From contig NC_086108.1 of NCBI RefSeq assembly GCF_963921235.1, positions 52,268,001 to 52,332,000 on the forward strand: a stretch of 64,000 nt of DNA, written 5' to 3'. A model generated the notes under the pieces. The model saw only the letters and a program-made list of their open reading frames with translations, ran no database searches and was not told the origin of the DNA. Numbering within the stretch: position 1 is the stretch's first letter; each line of letters opens with the position of its first letter. The position numbers and the translations under genes were made by a program. This DNA is from Mobula hypostoma (Eukaryota). This document shows positions 11,725-23,810 of this stretch, piece after piece.

Positions 11725-11866
11725 TTCATCTTTTTTCAGTCCTAAAGGATCTCGGCCCAAAACATTGACTGTTCTTTTTTCCATAGATGCTGCCTGGCCT
11801 GCTGCGTTCCTCCAGCATTTTGTGTGTGTTGCTCGGATTTCCAGCATCTGTAGATTTTCTCTTGTT
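11725..11866 (+). mobile_element. Penelope-like terminal fragment, inverted relative to 10960-11100
   Basis: ctcggcccaaaacattgactg...ccatagatgctgcctggcctgctgcgttcctccagcattttgtgtgtg. Confidence 0.8.
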
Positions 11867-13332
11867 AATAAGAGCAAGGGCGTAATTTTGATACTTATAA
11901 ATCTTCAGTGAGGCCTCAATTGAAGTATTTGCACAGTTGGTTGTTTTTTGCACATTATTTCTTTGTCCATCCTATTGGTTGCAATCTTTCATTGATTCTG
12001 TTATGTATTTACTGTGAATGCCGCAAGAAAATGAGCATTGTATATGGTGACATATGAGTACTCTGATAATAAATTTGCTTTGAACTTTAAATACATTCAA
12101 TGACACATTGTTAATTGGTATCTGCACATCCTAAAAAAATACTGAAAATTACATTGTATGGCTTCAGGATAAGAGCCTACTATTTTAGTGTGAATATTCT
12201 ATGTAATTGGATATCCTGGAGGTTTATTCTGAATTTGTCTGTGTTTATGATTATCTGAAAGTAGTTGAGGCAAGATTCCTGATATGAAAAATTACTTTAT
12301 ATATTTGTGCTGCTACCTTAAAGACCGGACAATATACCAGATTCACAGTAAGCAACAGAAGATTACTTCTATCTCAGGCGGACTACTAGAAATGGAAATG
12401 GAATCAGAATCAATAATAGCATTTAAATATCATTCAGGGAAATTAATTCAAATACTTTGTTTTATAAACCCTGTACTTACATGATGGGGCAGGTGACTGA
12501 CTGTGCATTAAAATTAATTGTAAATAAAAAGTCATTTTCCCTTTGTTTATAAATCACAGAAATGTAATAGCACAGAGGAGGCCCTTTGTTCCATTGTGTT
12601 CATGCTGGCCCAATGCGAGAGTAACCCGGCTAGTTCCTCTCTCCCACTATCTCCCCATAGCTCTCCACACTCTTTCCTTTTCCATACTATGACTGAATCT
12701 ACCTCGGTTACTCATTGTTGCAATGGACACCACTTGATGGGAGCATATTATTTTCATCTATATTGTGTAGACCCTTCATAGTTTTAAATGTATCTATCAG
12801 CTCTCTGCTCAACTTCCACTGTTCCAAGAAGAACAATCCCTGTTTCTCCAATCTAGAGTCCACATTCTTGTATTCATTCCAGGACCTCTCGTCTGCATAC
12901 TTTCTAAAGCCTTCGCGCTGTGTAATTGAAGAGTGCTGACCAATACTGGATTTAATATTCTTGTTGCAATCAAAGCAGTATTTTATAAATATTTAATGTG
13001 ACATCCTTGCCCTTTTACTCAATGCCCCGGGTCCTTATATTTTTTTACTACTTCCTTAATGCCTACTTAGCCTCAACTCTTTCCATTGCTGTAACTAGCT
13101 TAAGATTGATTGTGCTATGTATTATTTAAATCCTTGTTTTTGTATGAAAATGTAACTTTTTACCGTGTTGTGTTAAATTTCATCAGCCTTCTCTTAGCTT
13201 TTGGTAGCTCTTCCCTCATTATGTGTTAAAAAAAATTACCAGCAGCTAATGTTTATAGATCATATGAAGAATATTGGCTACAAAATCTCTGACAAGATGG
13301 TAATTTAATTGAAGCATTAACTTTATTCGCAG

Positions 13333-13586
13333 ATTGAATAAAGAGCTCGAGCAGAAAAATGAGCTCATTGAATCCCTGAGCTGCAAACTGCAGAACCGGG
13401 CAGACACTCCATCCAATAGCCATATTCCCTCAGACTCTGAACAGTCTGACAGAGCATCATTTACATCGGATGGGCAAGAGTCAACCAATGATGACCTGGA
13501 TACTTATCGTTACGAAGTTGACTTGAGCAGTGAGTACTCGCATGATGATCAGCAGAGTACAGAGTTGGAAGCACATGCTGTTGCAG
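13333..13586 (+). CDS. PDE4DIP: Myomegalin exon (254 nt, phase 2-1): LNKELEQKNELIESLSCKLQNRADTPSNSH...; Olduvai/DUF1220-precursor-like region
   Basis: ttcgcag acceptor, G|gtaagc donor; resembles mammalian LSRELQEKEKVIEVLQAKLDARSLTPSSSHALSDS segment (recalled). Confidence 0.9.
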
Positions 13587-13799
13587 GTAAGCTTACATTT
13601 AAAACTCCACTAGAGTTAAGTAAAGGAAGAGCAAAGGGGAATAATTACATATATCAAAATGAAATTGGAGTCCTGGTTGTAGCAGCAATATTTATGTAGG
13701 AATATTAGCAGTAACATTGAACTAAAATATTAATAAAATACTGCAGTTGTGGAATGAGATAGAACACTTTCTGGAAAGTAACGTCATTTCCTGAAGTTG

Positions 13800-14420
13800 C
13801 TATCACTGGTAAACGGTAAAACACTTCTGGCACACTTGCCTTACCAGTCAGGGCATTGAGTATAGAAGTTGGATATAATGTTGCAATTTTACAAGATGTT
13901 GGTGAGGCCCTATTTGGAATGTTGTGTTCAGTTTTCATCGTGCTATAGGAGTTATAAGAAAGATGATATTTATCTGAAGGGGGTGCAGAGGAGATTTACA
14001 AACATGATTCTAGGAATTAAGGGACTGAGTTAAGGAGGGAGGTTGAGAAGGCTGGAACTTTATTTATTGGAGTGTAGGAGAATCAAGGGTGATATCGTAG
14101 AGGCATATAAAATTATGAGGAGCATAGAACCCCTCTTTTTTCCTCGATTTGGGAAATGAAGAATTAGAGGATGTAAGTTTAGGGTGAGTGGGGAGAAATT
14201 TACTAGGAACCTTGGGGAAATTCTTTTCTCCTAGAGGGTGGTCAGTATATGGAATGAGTTGGTGGAGGAATTGGATGAGTCAGATACATGAGCAGCATTT
14301 ATAAGACACTTAGGTAGGCTTATGGATGGAAAGAATTAGAGTGATGTGGGCAAACATGGGGCAAATCTTGGTTGGCATGGATTTATTGGGTCAAAGGCCC
14401 TGCTCTCTGATGATTCTATG
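13800..14420 (+). mobile_element. Old CR1 3' fragment
   Basis: Degenerate ORF2 C-terminus (ggtgaggccctatttggaatgttgtgttcagtt, gtgcagaggagatttac) and CR1-type tail. Confidence 0.7.
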
Positions 14421-15348
14421 ACTTTGACTCTAATTAGATACCTTATATCTTTCATGTGAACAAATTTGGATCCAGCCTCACTCAAATGAAACGGTCTTTG
14501 GCAGTCTTCTGTGAAGTATTTCCAGTTGGGGTTTAGTGTGCAATGGCAAGCTAGCCTTAATGAAGGTATCTCCACAAAAAGGCAGAAAGGATGAGAAATG
14601 TGGAAGAGAATGGGCATGTTCAGATAGTTCGTGTGAATGTGAAAGATACCAGGACTGGGAAAACTTCCTGTATATCTTGGTAATATTTGTCCTTTAGTCA
14701 GCACCATGCTGGGTTTTTGTCAAATTCTGTTGATGTATGAGGTAAAGCACACTTCACAAATATTTTGCAGTGTCTGTTTCAGCGAAGTATATCGATGTCT
14801 ATTTGACCAACTTATAAATTAGCCTCATTTGTGTGAATAAAACTTCTGTCACAAAGCAGGTTATAAAGAACAGTTTCTACTAACCAATGAGCAAGCCTGA
14901 AGAATTTACTGAAGTTACTTAGTTGGTCTCGTTCAGCTACCATGTTATTCTTGCTAGCTACTATATCCTGTGTGCATTGCTCATTCTGCATACATTGTTC
15001 ATTCTGTCCTTCAATCATCACGGAATGTCCTTGTGATATCACAGGATGACAAAATGACACAATAGTGATCTCGCAACATCATGATCATCTTCATTAATCT
15101 TAAATGTCACAATTCATTTTATCTGGTTCATTGAATAGAAGTATGCTGATACATATTACTGTTTTATTCACTCATCCAGTTATTACAGTCCACAAGAGCA
15201 CCTAGAGTATATTGACAGTGGTACTTCCAAAGACCATTGTTTCTTTCTTTATTCACTCCATATGCAATATGAAAAAGGGGGCCCCAAGTCAGAATACCAC
15301 CTTTGAAGAACTCCCAGAATGATGACCATTTAATCTAATTATGTTATA

Positions 15349-16793
15349 CAGGTTTCCCCCGCCATCCGAAGGTAGAGCGTTCCTATGAAACGGTTCGTAA
15401 GCCAAAATGTCATAAAGCGAAGAAGCAATTACCATTTATTTATATGGGAAAAATTTGTGAGCGTTCACAGACCCAAAAATAACCTACCAAATCATGCCAA
15501 GTAACACATAAAACCTAAAGTAACAGTAACATACAGTAAAAGCAGGAATTATATGATAAATACACAGCCTATATAAAGTAGAAATACTTTTCCACAATCA
15601 TTACTGCACTGTTCTCCGTAGCGAAAATCTCACGCAAGCGCCGTCGGCAGAAAATCTCACGCAAGCGCTGTTGGCAAAAACATGGTGCAAGCGCTCTCCA
15701 GTAACCTTTAAGCTATGAAGCTGCTAAATCATACCAAATAACATGTAAAAATACACAGCCTATATAAAGTAGAAATAATGTATGTACAGTGTAGTATCAC
15801 TTACCGGAATCAGGAAAGCGCAGAGCACACTGATGATGGTGTGTTAGACTGAGTTGGAATTTGGGTGGTGCAGTGGCCCCCACCCTCCAGGCCGCCGACA
15901 GATACCGAACCGCGAAGCATGCAGGGGTGCAACGGTAGCTGGGAGGCATCCAGCACATCTTTAAGAAAAAAGTCGAAATAAACATGCTAATTAATTACAT
16001 GTCGGGTGGCACCTAATTAATTAGCATGTTTATTTCGGCTTTTTTCTTAAAGATGTGCTGTGTGCCTCCCGGCTACAGCTGCATTCCCCGCAAATCGCGG
16101 GGTGGTGGGACACTGGGGTGTCATCTCGTCGTCTGTTTCCATTAGAGCAGGCAGCTCATCTTCTCCTAAGACTGCCTGCCTCGATGTCGAAGGTCGAGGT
16201 TCGTCGTCTGCTGTGGGGCTAATGTGGAAGGCTTGCTTGACTGATGAGCCTCGCGCATTTTTCTATCATACAGGTTTTTGTAAGGACTCAAACCATCCTG
16301 CAATATCCCCTAAACCGAGGTACCCTTTCAAAATTAAAGTCATACTTTATCATTACTCATTCGGTTTCGATTGTTATCCTTTCCTCTTCCAATTGCATCA
16401 GCTCTTCATCTATCAGTTCTTGGTCGTGGGATGCCAAAACCTCTTTAACATCATGTTCGTCAGCTTCCACAAGCCAAACTTACTTTGTTCACCATGATCG
16501 AAATGCTTAATTATGTCTAGTTTTACGCTAAGTGTAACATCCTTACGAGCTCTTTTAGGCTTTTCCAATACCTTAGAACTCATCTTGCAAACGGCTGCTC
16601 ACAGGCACATGTTAAAGCAATGCCGGCCAGAATGCAGTTCCGAATCCGCGGAGAGCAGCTGCTCAGGGCGCACGCGGATTTTCCCCGCACGCTTTTTTTT
16701 TGTAACAGTGAAAACATCTTCTGAAAGCGAAAACAGGGTACTAATGTAGGTCTTTCGTAAAGCGAGCATTCGAAAAGCGGGGGGGACACCTGG
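15349..16793 (-). mobile_element. Internally deleted Tigger/pogo (Tc1-mariner) DNA transposon
   Basis: TA flanks; imperfect TIRs CAGGTTTCCCCCGC / CAGGTGTCCCCCCCGC. Minus-strand ATG at 16583 gives CENP-B-like MSSKVLEKPKRARKDVTLSVKLDIIKHFDHGE, joined to the acidic C-terminal piece VEADEHDVKEVLASHDQELIDEELMQLEE. Confidence 0.85.
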
Positions 16794-16887
16794 TATATCA
16801 AACATTTTATTGAAATATGTGCTTGGGGACGGAGGAATGGGGGCTTGACTCATGTAGTCCTTTGACAAAGCAATCTGTGCTCCAATA

Positions 16888-18418
16888 CTATAAGATACAG
16901 CATTGGAATCAGGCCAGTTGGCCCATCAAGTCAGCTTCACCATTTCATCATGGCTAATCCAATTTTCCTCTCAGCCCCAGTCTCCTGTGTTCCAACCCCT
17001 CTCCTTCCTGGATCCCTTCATGCCCTGACCAGTCAAGAATCTATCAACCTCTGCCTTAAATATACATAAAGACTTGGCTTCCACAGCTGCCCGTAGCAAA
17101 GAATTCCACAGATTCAGCACTCTCTGATTAAATAAATTCCTCCTCATCTCTGTTCTAAAATGATGCCCCTCTATTCTGAGGCTGTGTCCTCTGGTCTTAG
17201 ACTCTCACATCACAGGAAACATCTTGTCCACATCCACTCTATCAAGGCCTTTCACCATTTGATAGGTTTTAATTAGGTCACCCTTCAACGTTCTAAATTC
17301 TAGTGGATACAGGCACAGAGCCATCAAATACTCTTCATATGACAAGCCATTCAATCCTGAAATCATTTTCGTGAACCTCCTTTGAACCTTCTTCAGTCTC
17401 AGCACATTTCTAAGTGAAGGGGCCCAAAACTCACAATACTCCAAGTGAGGCCTCAGCAGTGCTTTATAAATTCTTAACATTACATCCTTGCTTTTATATT
17501 CTGGTCTTCTTTAAATAAATGCTAACTTTGCACTCGCCTTCCTCACTACAGACTAAACCTGCAAATTAATCTTGGGGAATCCTGCACAAGGACTCCCAAC
17601 TCCCTTTGTGCGTCAGTTTTTTGTATTTTCTCTCCATTTAGAAAATAATCAGCCATTTCTTTTCTTCTACCAAAGTGCATGACCATACAATTCCCAACAC
17701 TTTGTACCACCTGCCACTTCTTTGCCCATTCTCCTAATCTGTCTGTCCTTCTGTAGCCTCTCTATTTCTTCAAAGCTACCAGGCACTCCACCTATCTTCA
17801 TATTGTTTACAAACTTTGCATCAAAGCCTTCAGTTCCATCATCCAAATCATTGACATATAATGTAAAAAGAATCAGTCCCAATACAGACTCCTGTGGAAA
17901 ACCTTTAGTCACAGGCAGCCAAGTAGAAAAGGCTCCCTTTATTCCCACTCTTTCCCTCCTGCCAATCAGCCACTGCTTTATCCCTGCTAGAATCTTTCAT
18001 GTAATATCGTGGGCTTGTAGCTTGTTAAGCAGCCTCGTGTGAGGCACCTTGTCAAAGGCCTTCTGAAAATCCAAATACACATCATCAATCAATTTTTCTT
18101 TGTATATCGTGCTTGTTGTTTCTTCAAAGAATTCCAATAGATTGGTCAGGCAAGGTTTTCCTTTGAGGAAACCATGCTGACTACAGCCTATTTTATCATG
18201 TGCTTTCAAGTACCCTGAGAACTCATCCTTAACAATCGACTCTAACATCTTCCCAACCACTGACGTCAGACTAACTGGCCTATAATTCCCTTTCTTCTGC
18301 TTCTCTCCCTACTTGAAATGTTGGGTGACATTTGCAATTTTCCAGTCTTCTGGGAGCATTCCAGAATCCAGTGATTCTTGGAAGATAATTAGTAATGCCT
18401 CCACAATCTCTTCAGCTT
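16888..18418 (-). mobile_element. 5'-truncated CR1 LINE (RT C-terminal half plus 3' UTR)
   Basis: ORFs 17997..18260, 17667..17948 and 17205..17480 carry CR1 RT motifs. Confidence 0.9.
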
Positions 18419-18494
18419 AATGTTCAAGTAACTTGGCTCGCAATCCTGAGTTTGTTAGCTATGGGTCAGTCAGTAAACCAGACGGAACTTTGTT

Positions 18495-18790
18495 TGAGCA
18501 CAAAAATTTTAGGCCGACACTTCAGTGTAGCATTGAAGAAGGTGAGTGTTGTTGGTCTTGGCTAAGATGTTAACACGGGCCCTATCTGCTTTGTAAGGTG
18601 GACTTTAAAGATTTCATGGTGCTTCGAAAAAGAACAGGAAAATTATTCCCAGTATTCCTTGTGTTACCAAAACAGATTTTCAGTGCGTTATCATAGCGTT
18701 CTCTGCAAACTGACAATTGTGTTAAATTCAGTCACTACATATCTGATGTACTTCATTAGTACTAAAGTCCCTTGAGACACCATGAGTGAG
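18495..18790 (+). mobile_element. Ancient Deu-SINE (SacSINE/AmnSINE-like) remnant
   Basis: gccgacacttcagtgtag...gatgttaacacgggccctatctgc...aggtggactttaaagatttcatgg...accaaaacagatt resembles the Deu domain (recall). Confidence 0.55.
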
Positions 18791-19329
18791 ATGATTATAT
18801 TTGAAAGATTGGCTCTATTTGTCACATGCACATGGAAGCATCAAAACATGCGTTGAAATGTGTTATTTGCATCTAATCAAATAAACGAGGATTGCGCTGG
18901 GGCAGCCCACAAGTATCGCCATTCTTACCCCACCAACATAGCATAGCCACAATTTTATGTTGATGGTCCTATGTCACTCTCCTTTCAACCAGAAAAGCCA
19001 TATTGAAACCCTTAATATTTTAAAAACATCCATGAAATTATGTTTCTCTTTGCATCAGTTTAAGTTTGGTGCAAATAGATTCACAGTAAAATACATCAAG
19101 AAACAGCTCATTCACATTTGGTAATCAGGAGGCACCATCCTGACCAGATGATGGTGAGTTGTCTCGAACTGCTATAGCTTGTCTGGTAAAAGTAACCTCA
19201 CATTGCTTTTGGACAGGGTGTTTATGAATTTGCACTGTCTTTAGTTTGTTTTAGTTTCATGCCAGAAAAATATTTGTACAAGTTTGTGACTTTTTGACAT
19301 CTCATTACATTAGCATTTACTTTTGTCAG

Positions 19330-19464
19330 ATGATCAAAATCATAGCGAACACCCATCCCAACATTCATCTCTTGCATCTGCTTCTTCATGTGAAAATCAA
19401 CCAAAGGACAGTGCCAGCATCTCACCCTCACAGCAACCCTGTGACACTGTTAAATCACAAAAAG
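19330..19464 (+). CDS. PDE4DIP: Myomegalin exon (135 nt, phase 1-1): DDQNHSEHPSQHSSLASASSCENQPKDSASISPSQQPCDTVKSQK
   Basis: ttttgtcag acceptor, G|gtatgg donor, open Ser-rich frame with phases matching both neighbours; not shown in this frame by the ORF track. Confidence 0.75.
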
Positions 19465-21005
19465 GTATGGTTAGAAACTGATCGATGCATGGTGCTTTAA
19501 TTGGAATCTTAAATTGAGTGTGGAGGTTCTAACAAGATAGATTGAGAGTGACGTTTTGTTTTTCCTCTATTAAATGTAGGCAGTGATTTAGTTTCCCAGA
19601 TTCTGACTGTATTTAGTATTATGCTGGGTTAACTCACTGCTACTAATTGATACCATTTGTTTGCTCAGGATATTGACTGGAAGCATTCAAATACCATGAG
19701 TAGCAGTGTGAAGCAGAAGACAGGAAATGGGTACAGTGTTATGTTCCATACACTGAGTTTCGATCCTTATCACACTGGACATTAGAATATGATACCTTAA
19801 GGAAAAACATTTCTGTGGAGGCTCTCTAAGTTATTAATCTAAAGTAAAGTTTATGAAAATACCAGGGAAAGTATGTAAACAGAGTTCAATTTATACTGGA
19901 TGATAGTGGGAGCATTGTAGAAACTTATGGCATTAATGTATTTCCCACAAAGAGAAGGATACTAGACAAGTAGACATTGTTGTTATGCATCATCTAGCAC
20001 AGTGGTGCCTAAATGTTTGGAACCATTTAGCCGTTTTCAGTGTGCCCAGACCTTTATGGTTGGAGGGCTATGTCCAACAATGAACAATAGACTGTAAGCC
20101 AAATTGTTTGCTGTTACCTGCGCAATATTCAGCTGATCATATAAAACTTGGGAGAACAGTGAAGCAGGTCTTAACAAGAGAAGTGAAGCCTGCTTAGATA
20201 TTAAATAAAAGGCTCTATCCTACGTGGGCCACACCAAGAGCACAAGGCATCCCTCTCCCTTCAGTTAGATTGTGCCTGTGTCTTTCTTCTGCTTCTGATT
20301 ATTTTCACCTCTCTGAATTAGTGTTCACTTGAGACCCATCATTAATATTGCAGACACAATACATTCAACTTTGCTAATATTTCACAACTTCGTGGAATAT
20401 GCTCAAGAGCAGATCGACAGAGAATTGAATGCACTTATTACATCCAAGGGGGCTATATGGATCCAGGAACAGATGATTTGCTTTCCATCTTAAATCACTT
20501 TGACACTTGCAATGTAGTTAGCCCAGTGCACCCATCCAAAGTGAACCAAAAACACATCAGGAAAAGGAAGGGGTAAAGGTCTATAATGAGTAAGCCAAGA
20601 TTATTGTCTTTGCTTAGTGTTTGTGCTAAGGAGGAGAAAATCTAGTCAGGCATTCCATTCTAGTAACTCCTGCTATAATAGGATTTCATATGGAATTTGA
20701 ATGGTGAATTAACATTCATTAACATTCACAACCTTCATCACAAACAAGAGCAAGCAAATGAGTTACACATCAAAGAACTGAGAATATACCAATTATACTT
20801 TAGCAACAGTCAGATCCCTCCAGACTTGAAGCGGCAGAAATAATTAAATCACAAATTTGCCAATTCCAAATTTGACCATACTTATACGCAGTAGGAATAG
20901 GGCTGTTAAGTATCTCCAGATTTACTGTGTTTATGTTGAAGCGTATGTTTATTTCTATAAAATACTTCATTTTATTTCTATTTTGATTCTGCTGTCCATC
21001 TTTAG

Positions 21006-21182
21006 GTTTGTATTCCAGCAGTGTGCCATCAAGTCTTAATGCCTGTCAGGCTTCATATTGTGCTGACTTCCCTTCTCAGTTTGGAAGCATGCCCTTTGGG
21101 CCAGCTTACCTGACACCATCAACATTTTCTCTGGCCGAGGTCCAACAAGAACTTCACATGTTACAAAGACAGCTGGGAGAAA
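21006..21182 (+). CDS. PDE4DIP: Myomegalin exon (177 nt, phase 1-1) ending SLAEVQQELHMLQRQLGE
   Basis: tttag acceptor, A|gtgaga donor, conserved motif. Confidence 0.92.
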
Positions 21183-23511
21183 GTGAGAATTTTACCTGAT
21201 TCTGCTTGGATATCACCAATATAACAGAGCATGTGCAAAACAGCATGATGTGGAATGGTGGGGGTTTAATTGGGGCACTAAAATATGAATGAGCTTTGAC
21301 TGCCTATTCAACTTACTTTGCTTTTTTTTAAACTCATAAACTATTATTAATTTTCCATTCTCAACAATGTTTAACTTCAAAGTATCTGTCACCAGTCTGT
21401 GCAAAGCTAGCTTACACCTGAATTGGTGTAAATGATACAAAGGTCGGGCTGAACACCAAAGTCTGCTTCATGCAACTTATGTTGCGAAGCTTATTCGATA
21501 ACAATTGTCTTTCTTTACAAATTTGGCTGAATGAGATTCAAGCTTATCCTGAAATTTCTGTTCCCATTAATATTTCTGCAGATGAGTATTTTTCTGGAGT
21601 GCAATATTATTCCATTGCTTTTTGATGATGTTCAGTCACCTTCCGTGACCTATTTCTTTGATGCCTTCTTTACATTCAAAGGGACCTTTCCACATTCCCA
21701 TTTGAAAATGGGTGATAAAGAGAAATTAAATTGTTTCGTATTCCATTGTTCTTTATAAATTGTTCATGCTCGTCTAAACTATGGACCAGTATCTAATTAT
21801 ACTTCCCCAAAGAGGTGTGTGGCAAAGGTTCCTCTATGATGAATTTTGTGTTGGTTCCTGGTCCCATATCAATTAGCTCTTTGAATGGCTATTGATAAAT
21901 ACAATAAGACATTGTATCCTTTTTTTCCCCCAATACTTTCTACAGATCCAACAAAATCATGTTGTAGGCCATTTCCACACTTGCAGGCATGCTTTGGGAG
22001 ATGTGTTTGCCAGTCCTGTCTATCTTTGACAACACCAGGTCAACAGACAAAGCCTTCATATTCACTAAAGACAAATTTTCTGTATGAAGATTGTCATTAA
22101 TTTTCCTTTGGAGTTTCTTCAGTATTGTTTCTCTATCACTATTTGGTAGACAGTTCAAAGTATCTGCAATAGGATAATTTCTTCATTCAGACCTATGTCT
22201 GTTCTATTCATCCACACAATATCTGTCATGCCCTTGCCTCAAAAGTCAGGTCTTATATAAACCTAGATTTTCCACTCCTGGGCCAGATAAGTCATCTGCT
22301 TCAGCCAGTACATTATGAATTTTGTTTAAAGTAAGACAGATACTGTAAACAGGCATCCACCATATCACGTTGTTTAAATGCTCTGTGTGGCACTGTTGTA
22401 ATGAGGCAGTAGAACAGCCCCACCTTTCTATTCTTAACATGTTCATCATGGGACAAGCAGACTTTGGTCCCAGAAAGACCAACACAACTTTGTTATCAAT
22501 AACTACTGTGAATGGCCTTCCCAGCTAGAATTGGTGAAATTCTAAATCCAAATATCATTGCCACTGTTCAAGCTTAATTCATTTTTCACTTTCGGCCAGT
22601 GTATGTAATTGAACAGGCAATAGACTTACAATGATATGGTGAGTCACTGCCTTTGCTGGAAATATTGAAACCAAGTTGCAATACAAAGTTAGTATTTTAA
22701 TGTTTTAAGGATTTGTTGATCAAGCTTGAACAAGAAGGAGACCAATATCCTAGTGGGGAAATTTGCTCTTGTCAACAGGAAGTGTTTAAACTAGATTGGC
22801 AGGGGGTGGGGCTTGAGAGTGAAGTCAGTGAGTACAGAAGGATATGTACAGCTACCAAAGTATGTAAGCCTAGCAATCAGGATAGCCATGTTTACAGTAA
22901 ATGGCCAGATAAGTTCACTAGTTTAAACTGCATCTATTGCAATGCACATACACAGCTTAACAGGTAAAGTAGATGAACTGAGGGTATAACTTGCCTCTAG
23001 AGACTCAGTTATCATGGCCATAACAGAAAGATGGCCGAGAGAAGGCAGAGCTGGCAGCTTAATGTTCAGGGATTCTGGAATATTGCGAGCTTTGTTACTT
23101 TTTTTTTCCAATGAAGTTTGTCAACTTTTAAATATCTAGACCTTTATCTACTAACAAACTCATTGTTCTCCATTTAATGTAGATCACTTCAAGAACTTCT
23201 ACCTTGTCCGCAATTTTGGTCACTCACCGTAAAAAAAAAATCCCATTTGTTTCATTCACTAATTGTGGAGGGTTCTGCTTTTATTCAAGGCTTCCAATGT
23301 AATCAGTCTAGGAAGTGTGGATTGTAAGTTTGTACCGTTGATGGTTGCTGGGCTTGTTATTAGCAACAAATTTTCAAGACACTTTCTATTCAAGTCTGTA
23401 CCTCAGGCTCGTGGTATTTAATCTCAAGCTTTTCTTGCTCTCCAACCAACATACTGCTTTAGTTACTTGACATCTTTGATGACTTTGCCACTTTTGATGC
23501 CTCTACTTTGA

Positions 23512-23810
23512 GCGCTTTGGTAGCTTAGCAGTTAATGCGACACTATTACAGCTCGGGGCATTTGGATTCAGAATTCAATCTCTGTAAGGATTCTGTACAT
23601 CCTCCCTGTGGAATACGTGAGTTTTTCTCGGGTGCTCTGGTTTCCCCACCCCACAGTCCAACAATGTACCGGATAGGCTAATTGGTCATTGTAAATTGTC
23701 CCATGTTTAGGTTAGGGTTGAATCAGAATTGTTGTGGGTTGCTGGGGCGGCATTGCTTGAAGGGGCAGACGGACCTACTCCGTGCTATGTCACTAAATAA
23801 ATAAAATAAA
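23512..23810 (+). mobile_element. tRNA-derived V-SINE (HE1-like) with CR1-type tail
   Basis: A-box-like tggtagcttagcagtt, V-domain ctcgggtgctctggtttcccc...cacagtcca, tail ggacctactccgtgct plus (taaa)n. Confidence 0.75.

Larger units (their letters stand above)
6760..11940 (+). mobile_element. Degenerate near-full-length CR1 LINE hosting several nested insertions
   Basis: ORF1 esterase remnants (7082..7441), APE remnants, RT remnants (SQHGFLKGKSCLTNLLEFFEE, YMDFQKAFDKVPH); CR1 sequence resumes at about 11866 after the inserts. Confidence 0.9.

Noticed and set aside
15489..15777. Spaced direct repeats that superficially resemble a CRISPR-like array
   Set aside because: Only two copies each, irregular spacing, inside a eukaryotic Tigger element; these are subterminal repeats.
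19294..19500. ORF-track frame MTSHYISIY... over the exon at 19330
   Set aside because: Wrong frame; splice phase requires the DDQNHSEH... frame.
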